In this document: positions 53,509-64,000 of the stretch, in pieces
Layout: each line of letters starts with the position of its first letter
How positions within the stretch are numbered: the first letter of the stretch is position 1
NCBI RefSeq assembly: GCF_009914755.1
Contig: NC_060939.1
Reading direction: 5' to 3' (one strand)
Origin: the human T2T-CHM13v2.0 reference genome, Homo sapiens
DNA length: 64,000 nt
The notes under the pieces: generated by a model
Seen by the model: only the letters and a program-made list of their open reading frames with translations
Told to the model about the DNA's origin: nothing
Databases searched by the model: none
Made by a program: the position numbers and the translations under genes

Positions 53509-53556
53509 GGATAGTATATGTTCAAAGTCGTGCAAACCATTTTCTTGGTAAAATAA
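53486..53556 (-). other. MYO9A: MYO9A exon 2 5'UTR part (71 nt) with three upstream ATGs
   Basis: Acceptor cttttatgttacag|TTATTT with AG at 53557-53558. Confidence 0.85.
53502..53540 (-). promoter_or_regulatory. uORF1 ([12 protein letters not shown]) in strong Kozak context
   Basis: AAAATGG (A at -3, G at +4); TGA ends 16 nt before the main ATG. Confidence 0.75.
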
Positions 53557-54696
53557 CTGTAACATAAAAGATGCAAAATATTTAGAAGTAAATACACATT
53601 GCTTTCTGATGCTCAAGAAAGAAAAGCTTAACAAGCATGTTGATTACATCTTCTAAAACACAAAATACTAACTCTTGTCTTAGCACAGCAACAGTTTCAT
53701 TGAGACCACATAATATTAAGTTTCACTGTCCAAATCTAGGCACTTTCTAAAATAGTAACTTGCCAAAAAAAACATATATTTCAATGTTTTATTATACAAA
53801 AATCCAAAGAGTACAAAGAAAAATTATTTTTCCCCTGCTGTCTCAAATGTTTGTAAGGAACTTGGGATTAGAACCAAGTTCTTTCCTTATACTTAACAAA
53901 GACTGGATTAAGACAGAATAACCATGCAAATCTAATTGCCCTGTACCCAAAATTTCTTAAGGATAAAGCAAAAACAAGAAAGCATCCCAACAATGGAGCA
54001 AAAATTTTGTAAAATTTGTTAAAAACAGCAAGAAGATAGATAAACATAGAAATTACATAAAACCAAGAAAATGATGAGAGAAATCAACTAAGGAGATAGA
54101 CATATATTTTCAAGGAATTCTAGGCTCTGACTCACTCCCTCCCACAAGGTGGGAAGGAGAAGGGAGTTTGGCAAGAGTGACAAAAGAATCCTGCCCCTGA
54201 CTTGCTAGGCAAATTTAACACAATTATACAACTAGGCACCACTACAAATTTTATTCAGCTTCCCTTTTTCCTTCAATGCTACCATTATATCTTTTTACCT
54301 AACCTTATTTATTGCATTCCTTACAAGTATTCTGCATTTTCTTCCCATCTTCTCGAACCTCGTATACAGTATATTACACTTCTAGAAGAATGATTTCAAC
54401 TTTTATACCTCACTGAGAAAATAGTGATTTCCTTCAAATGGCTTCTCCAACTCAAAATTTATTCCTATCTTTACCTCATCTATCTTATTCCATTCCTGTC
54501 TTCTACTGAGAAAATATGCCCCACACACTTTCCAGGGCTGATAAAACCTGTTTCTTATCTTCATTAGTTAGTTATATGCCCCCAAAAAACTACTCTCATG
54601 TGTCATCAATATTTCCCTTATTTATTTCATCCTTTAACATATAAGGATGATGTGCTATTAAAAAAATAATAAGAAGAAATACTTTCAGTTACTTCC

Positions 54697-54908
54697 TTTT
54701 TTTTTTTTTTTTTTTTTTTTTGAGACAGGGTCTTGTTCTGTCACCCAGGCTAGAGTACAGCGGCATGATCTTGGCTCACTGCACCCTCCATCTCCCGGGC
54801 TCAGGTGATCCTCTCACCTCAACCTGGCTGGGACTACAGGTGTGCGCCACCTTGCCTGGCTAATTTTTGTATTTTTAGTAGAGATGGGGTTTCACCATGT
54901 TGCCCAGG
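54697..54908 (-). mobile_element. Partial Alu
   Basis: Reverse Alu, 5'-truncated. Confidence 0.85.
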
Positions 54909-54997
54909 GTACTATCTATCCTCTCATACTACTACATATTTGTCAAAGTCTTCTAATCAAGAAACTATTTTTTCCTGTTTGCCTAGATGGTCTTTCA

Positions 54998-55345
<348 letters not shown>

Positions 55346-56439
55346 AAATAAACTAGTGAGGAAAGGACAAACTATTTACTGTGGTACTGGTTCAATTGCT
55401 AATCTGAGTTGGAGTGAAGAAAATTAACAGTCCTATCTCATAGCATACTGAAAATAGATTCCATCTATGGATCTGTACCTATCAATCTGTTCTGGGCTCT
55501 ATAGTCTGTTCCACAGGTCTATTTTTCCACCCCTGAACCTCTGTTAATTACTACAGTCCTATAATAAATTTTGGTATCTGAAGGGCACATTACCTTAATG
55601 TGTTGTTCTTTACAAATTTTACCTTGGCTATTTACACTACCATAAAAATGTTTAAGTTTGCATGTTTACTATCGTGAAAAAAAACCTTTTCAGATTTTAA
55701 TACTGCATTGACTTTACAGATTAATATTGGACAGAACTGACATCTAATTGACTCTTCTCATTCATGAACACCATGCTGTTGGCTTTTAAAAATTACAACT
55801 ATATTTTTCACTTCTAAAGTTTTTGTCATTTTCAAATCCACCTCATCTTTTTTCCGCCGATTTACATTTCAAAATTATTTATACTTAAGGGCTATTACTC
55901 CTTTTCTTTTTGAAAACCCTCAGTATGTAATTTAATATTTTTCAGACTAACACTGAAATGTCATCCAGACGGAACTGCTCTTATGGTTATTTCATATCTT
56001 CCTTAGCATGAGATGAGTTCATATATTTGAGAATTTAGCTTTACAAGTGCACTTTTGATGGAACTTCTTTTGTTTTTCATACAAACACTTACTGAGAACA
56101 TGTTTACTACTTTTTTAAGAGAACTACAGTATCATAAATATATTTTTAAAAATTAAAAATTTTGGTATTAAATGATCAATTGATATTCAAATTTCCAAAT
56201 TTCCTCAGTTATCTCATAAATATTTTTCTTACAGATAGTCTAGCTGGAGATTCTGCTCTGCAATAACAGTGAGGATATACTCTGAGTTACCAGGTTCCTA
56301 GTTGTATAGCTATGTTTGCTTTCCTGAATCCCTAAGTGTTTGCTTCATATACGCTATGGCATCTGGCAGCAGTCAGCAGCAAATCTTCTTACAGCCAGGG
56401 AGGCTGTGACCTGTACCACTCCAGGAGATGTACTAAGTT

Positions 56440-56809
56440 AAGGGGTCCCCAACCTCTGGGCCATGGACCAGTGCCAGTCCATGGCCTGTCAGAAACTGGG
56501 CCGCACAGCAGAAGATGAGCAGCAGGCAAGTAAGCATTACTGCCTGGGCTCTGCCTCCTGTCAGATCGTCAGCAGCATGAGATTGTCATAGAAGCATTAA
56601 GCACTATTGTGAACTGCATATGCAAGGGATCTAAACTGCATGCTCCTTATGAGAATCTAACTAATGCCAGAGAATCTAACTAATCATCTAATACCTGATG
56701 ATCTGAGGCAGAATAGTTTCATCCCAAAACCATCCCCTACTACCCCATCTGTGGAAAAATTTTCATCTATGAAACCAGTCCCTGGTGCCAAAAAGGTTAA
56801 AGACCACTG
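56440..56809 (+). mobile_element. MER1B-like hAT-Charlie element
   Basis: 8-bp TSD TACTAAGT at 56431 and 56810; homologous to 37806-38135; internal GAGAATCTAACTAAT duplication. Confidence 0.8.
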
Positions 56810-57252
56810 TACTAAGTAACTACAATCTAATCCCTAAAGTTGTATAATATGGCAGCCCTGGAAGTAAACTTAGAAACATCTTTTTTAACAGGAGTCCTAT
56901 CTTGGACCACTGTTTCCAACAATAAGCCCAACTCTAATTACACTTCCCCATTACTTCAAAGCAGCCAAAATCACACCTGCTCCTTCCTGAAACAGAAGTG
57001 TTTACCTTTTTTGAGTCCTAGTTTTGTCAGTTTGGTTTTATCTTTGTTATTTTATCAATTACTGCTTTGTGGGTTTTTTTGTTTTGTTTTTTTTTTTACA
57101 AAAAGGAGGGTTTGTCTCAAAATACCACTCAGAAATCCATCTTGATCACAAGCCAGTCCTTACTAAACAGCTTGGAAAATCTGTACTTGCAAATCCGAGA
57201 CATGAGCTTTCATCAAAATCATCTGGGGAGCTTTTTCAAAACGTACATTACC

Positions 57253-57580
<328 letters not shown>

Positions 57581-57858
57581 TTAAATGTACATTACCAGGC
57601 TCAACAATAGTTATGAGTTGAGGAAATGCAGGTAATTCTGTTATTGCTGGTCCAGAAAATAGTATTTGAAAATCACCATATTCCCAAATATTTGGGAACT
57701 CACTTTCTACTCCCTTACCACTCTTCCCACATAGCAAGCTACTTGACAATGCTCCGGAGAAGTCACAAAATTCCACAGAGTTGGTAATCCAAAGGTCTTT
57801 CCTCATTCTTCATTTTAACACACCACACTATGGCATGACTAAAGCAGCCAATTTCTAG

Positions 57859-60346
<2,488 letters not shown>

Positions 60347-60367
60347 GGTTTTTTAAGTGTAACTTTC

Positions 60368-60740
60368 CATGTGGCACATATACACCACGGAATACTATGC
60401 AGCCATAAAAAAGAATGAGATAATGTCCTTTATAGCAATATGGATGGAGCTGGAGGCCATTATCCTAAGCAAACTAACGCAAGAACAGAAAACCAAACAC
60501 CACACTTATAAATGGAAGCTAAAAACTGAGTAGACATGAACACAAAGAAGGGAGCAATAGACACAAGAGCCTACTTGAGGGTGAAGGGTGGAAGGAAGGC
60601 GAGGATCGAAAAACTACCTATCGGGTACTGCTGTGCTTATTACCTGGGTAACAAAATAATCTGTACACCAAACCCCTGAAACACACAATTTATCTAAAGA
60701 ACCAACCTGTACATGTACTCCTGAAACTAAAAGTTAAAAA
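60368..60740 (+). mobile_element. L1P 3' fragment
   Basis: ATGTGGCACATATACACCACGGAATACTATGCAGCC. Confidence 0.8.
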
Positions 60741-61316
60741 TAATTATGTATAACTTTTCAACTAGTAGAGTGAAAAAACAGAATAATGAGTTCAAAAGAA
60801 AGCAAGAAAGGAGAAGAGAAAAAAGTCAGAATAGGTAGATCAAATAGAAAACAAATAGTAAAGTTTTAAAGCTAAATACAACAGTAATTATATTATATTA
60901 CATGTAAATGCTCCAGTTAAAAGACAAAGATGGTCAAAGTTTTAAAATTCAACTATCTGCTGTTTTCAGTAGACACACATCTATAACATAAGGATACAGA
61001 ATCAGAAAGTATTTTTTTAAAAGGAGAAGAAATACCATGCAAACACTAGCCAAAAGAAAGCTGGTATAATCAAAATAACATCAAGCAAAACAGGAAAATA
61101 AAATTGAATTAAACATCTCTTAAGGGTTTTTTTTAGCCCTTCCATACTATTATTTTAGGCTTAGGCCTGAGAGAAAGGTCTCTGGATATCACTGGTATTC
61201 TTGAAAAGAAGTACAAAACAGAAAAAGATTACAAGAAGTTAAGGAGGAAGCCACAGAGTGGCAAGTAAGTAGCTAGCAGATGTTGATCGAATCTGCTACA
61301 AAGAAAGCAGGAGTAG

Positions 61317-61626
61317 GGCCAGGCGCAGTGGTTCACATCTGTAATCCCAGCACTCTGGGGGGCCGAGGCGGGCGAATCACAAGGTCAGGAGTTCGAGGCC
61401 AGCCTGGCCAAGATGGTGAAACCCCACCTCTACTAAAAATACAAAAATTAGCCAGGCATGGTGGTGTCCGCCTGTAGTACCAGCTGCTTGGGAGGCTGAA
61501 GCAGGAGAATCACTTGAACCCAGGAGGCAGACGTTGAAGTGAGTAAAGTGAGTAGAGATCGTGCCACTGCACTCCAGCCTGGAGACACAGCGAGACTCTG
61601 TCTCAAAAAAAAAAAAAAAAAAAAAA
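61317..61626 (+). mobile_element. Alu
   Basis: TSD AAAGCAGGAGTA. Confidence 0.9.
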
Positions 61627-62199
61627 GCAGGAGTATTGTGAGTGAAATGTTTATTAGTTAGGGGGCTTGGGAACACAACTGTATGATTATAAATAAGATC
61701 AAGCAAGGAAGCAGAAACTAAAAACTGAAGAAAAAGAAGGTCTAACTGGTAAGCCAAAGTTCCTTGGTAAGCAAGACTAAATGAGATTAAGGTCAAAGGT
61801 GGACAGATGTCTCTCAGAAAGGAAAAAAAAAGGACACTTTTACTGAAAGAATTAAAAAAAAAAAAGATGGGCAGAGAAACAGAATTTGAGATAAGATGTG
61901 ACGAGACTGTATATCAGCTAATCATTACTAGAAAGAATATAAAAGCCCAAGTTTTACCTATAGCAGATCAACGTCAAGTAAAAGCAAAAGTGGGTGCTGA
62001 AAGAAAACATATTTTGTACCATTTCAGTTGAAGAAAATGTAATGGAAGAAATAAATTATCAGGCTGGGCACAGTGGTGCGTGCCCATAGTCATAGCTATT
62101 TGAAAGGCTGAGGTGGGAGGACTGCTTGAGCACAGGAGTTCAAGACCAGCCCGGGCAATATACCAAGACCCCATCTCTAAATAAATAAAATGTTAATAG

Positions 62200-63615
62200 T
62201 TGGCAGGCCACATGTAGAATGAAAACCTCTCACCTTATACAAAAATCAACTCAAAATGGATCAAGGACTTAAATCTAAGACCTGAATAAAAATTCTACAA
62301 GATAATGTCAGAAAAACCCTCCCAGGCCTTGGCTTAGGCAAAGACTTTATGACCAAGAACCCAAAAGCAAATGCAACAAAAACAAAGATGAATAAATGGG
62401 ACTTAATTAAAGAGCCTTTGCACAGAAAAAGAAAAAATCAGCAAAAAGACAACCCACAGAGTGTAAGAAAATCTTCACAATGTGTATATCCAATAAAGGA
62501 CTAATATCCAGAATCTACAAGGAACTCAAACAAATTAGCAAGAAAAAAACAAACAATCCCATCAAAAAGTAGGCTAAGGACATGAATAGACATCTCAAAA
62601 GAAGATACACAAAAGGTCAACAAACATGAAAAAATGCTCAACAGCATTAATGATGAGGGAAATGCAAAACAAAATAACAATGTGATATCACCTTACTCCT
62701 GCAAGAATGGCCATAAAAAAAATCAAAAAAATAATAGATGCTGGCAGGGATGTGGTGAAAAGAGAACACACTTTGACACTGATGGTAGGAATGTAAAATA
62801 CATTCACTATATGTAAAATACAACCACTATAAAAAACAGCATGGAGATTCCTTAAAGAACTAAAAGTAGGGCAGGTGCGGTGGCTCACGCCTATAATCCC
62901 AGCACTTTAGGAGGCCAAGGCAGGTGGATCACCTGAGGTCAGGAGTTCGAGACCACCCTGACCAACATGGCGAAACCCCATCCCTAATAAAAATGTAAAA
63001 ATTAGCTGGGCATGGTGGCACGGGCCTGTAGCCCCAACTACTCAGGAGGCTGAGGCACAAGAATCACTTGAACCCGGGAGGCAAAGGTTGTAGTGAGCCC
63101 AAATTATGCCACTGTGCTCCAACCTGCACAACAGGGTATCACCCAGTTGCCACTACTGAGTACCTACCCAGAGAAAAAGAAGTCATTTATACAAAAAAAG
63201 ATACTCCCACAGGCATGTTTATAGCAGCACAATTCACAACTGCAAAAATATAGAACCAGCCCAAATGCCCATCAATCAATGAGTGGATAAAGAAATTGTG
63301 GTCAATATACACCATGGAATACTACTCAGCCATAAAAAGGAACAAAATAATGGCATTCACAGTGACCTGGATGGAACTGGAGACCATTAATCTAAGTGAA
63401 GTAACTCAGGAATGCAAAACCAAACATCGTATGTTCTCGCTCATAAGCAGGAGCTAAGCTATGAGGATTCAAAGGTGTAAGAATGACACAGTGAACTTTG
63501 GGGACTTGGGGGAAAAGGTGGGAGGTGGGTGAGGGATAACAAATTGGGTATAGTGTATACTGCTCAGGCGATGGGTGCACCAAAATCTCAGAAATCACCA
63601 CTAAAGAACTTACTC
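62200..63615 (+). mobile_element. L1PB-like ORF2 and 3'UTR fragment with an inserted Alu
   Basis: ATACAAAAATCAACTCAAAATGGATCAAGGACTT...CTCAGAAATCACCACTAAAGAACTT. Confidence 0.8.
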
Positions 63616-63616
63616 A

Positions 63617-64000
63617 GCTGGGCGCAGTGGCTCACGCCTGTTAATCCCAGTACTTTGGGAGGTCGAGGCAGGCAGATCACCTGAGGTCAGGAGTTCAAGA
63701 CCAGCCTGGCCAACATGGCAAAACTCCGTCTCTACTAAAAATACAAAAATGGCTGGGCACAGTGGCTCACACCTGTAATCCCTGCACTTTGGGAGGCTGA
63801 GGCGGGCGGATCACCTGAGGTCAGAAGTTCAAGACCAGCCTAGCCAACATGGTGAAACGCTGTCTTTACTAAAAGTACAAAAATTAGCCAGGCATGGTGG
63901 GTGCCTATAATCCCAGCTACTCAGGAGGCCGAGGCAGGAGAATTGCTTGAACCTGGGAGGCGGAGGTTGCAGTGAGCCGAGATTGCACCACCGTACTCCA
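63617..64000 (+). mobile_element. Alu left arm followed by a second Alu (nested or trimeric), running off the window
   Basis: New GGCTGGGCACAG start at 63751 straight after the A-rich linker. Confidence 0.85.

Overview
Primate (very probably human) genomic DNA covering the 5' coding part of MYO9A (myosin IXA) on the minus strand. It holds nine exons with canonical GT-AG ends, probably exons 2-10, assuming one non-coding exon 1 lies beyond the right edge. Spliced, they give 1587 nt in one open frame (529 aa): the N-terminal Ras-association-like domain and the first part of the motor domain, including the P-loop GESGSGKT and switch [10 protein letters not shown]. The introns are dominated by more than 50 Alus, old and young L1 fragments, ERV1 LTRs (MER52-like, MER61-like), and Tigger and hAT DNA transposons. 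Intron 2 also carries an EIF5A2 processed pseudogene and a U2 snRNA retrocopy split by an Alu. The main things worth checking are: (i) two uORFs in exon 2 whose frames also close predicted back-spliced (circRNA) ORFs, one ending on a TGA that overlaps the main ATG; (ii) three apparent non-canonical retro-insertions in intron 2 (a 51-nt hairpin element, an orphan 3'UTR-like retrocopy and an Alu-ERV composite); (iii) an 11-nt twin-priming inversion in a young L1; (iv) regulatory motifs around the 57-nt exon 6. Repeat subfamily names and pseudogene symbols come from memory, repeat boundaries are approximate, and nothing was checked against a database.
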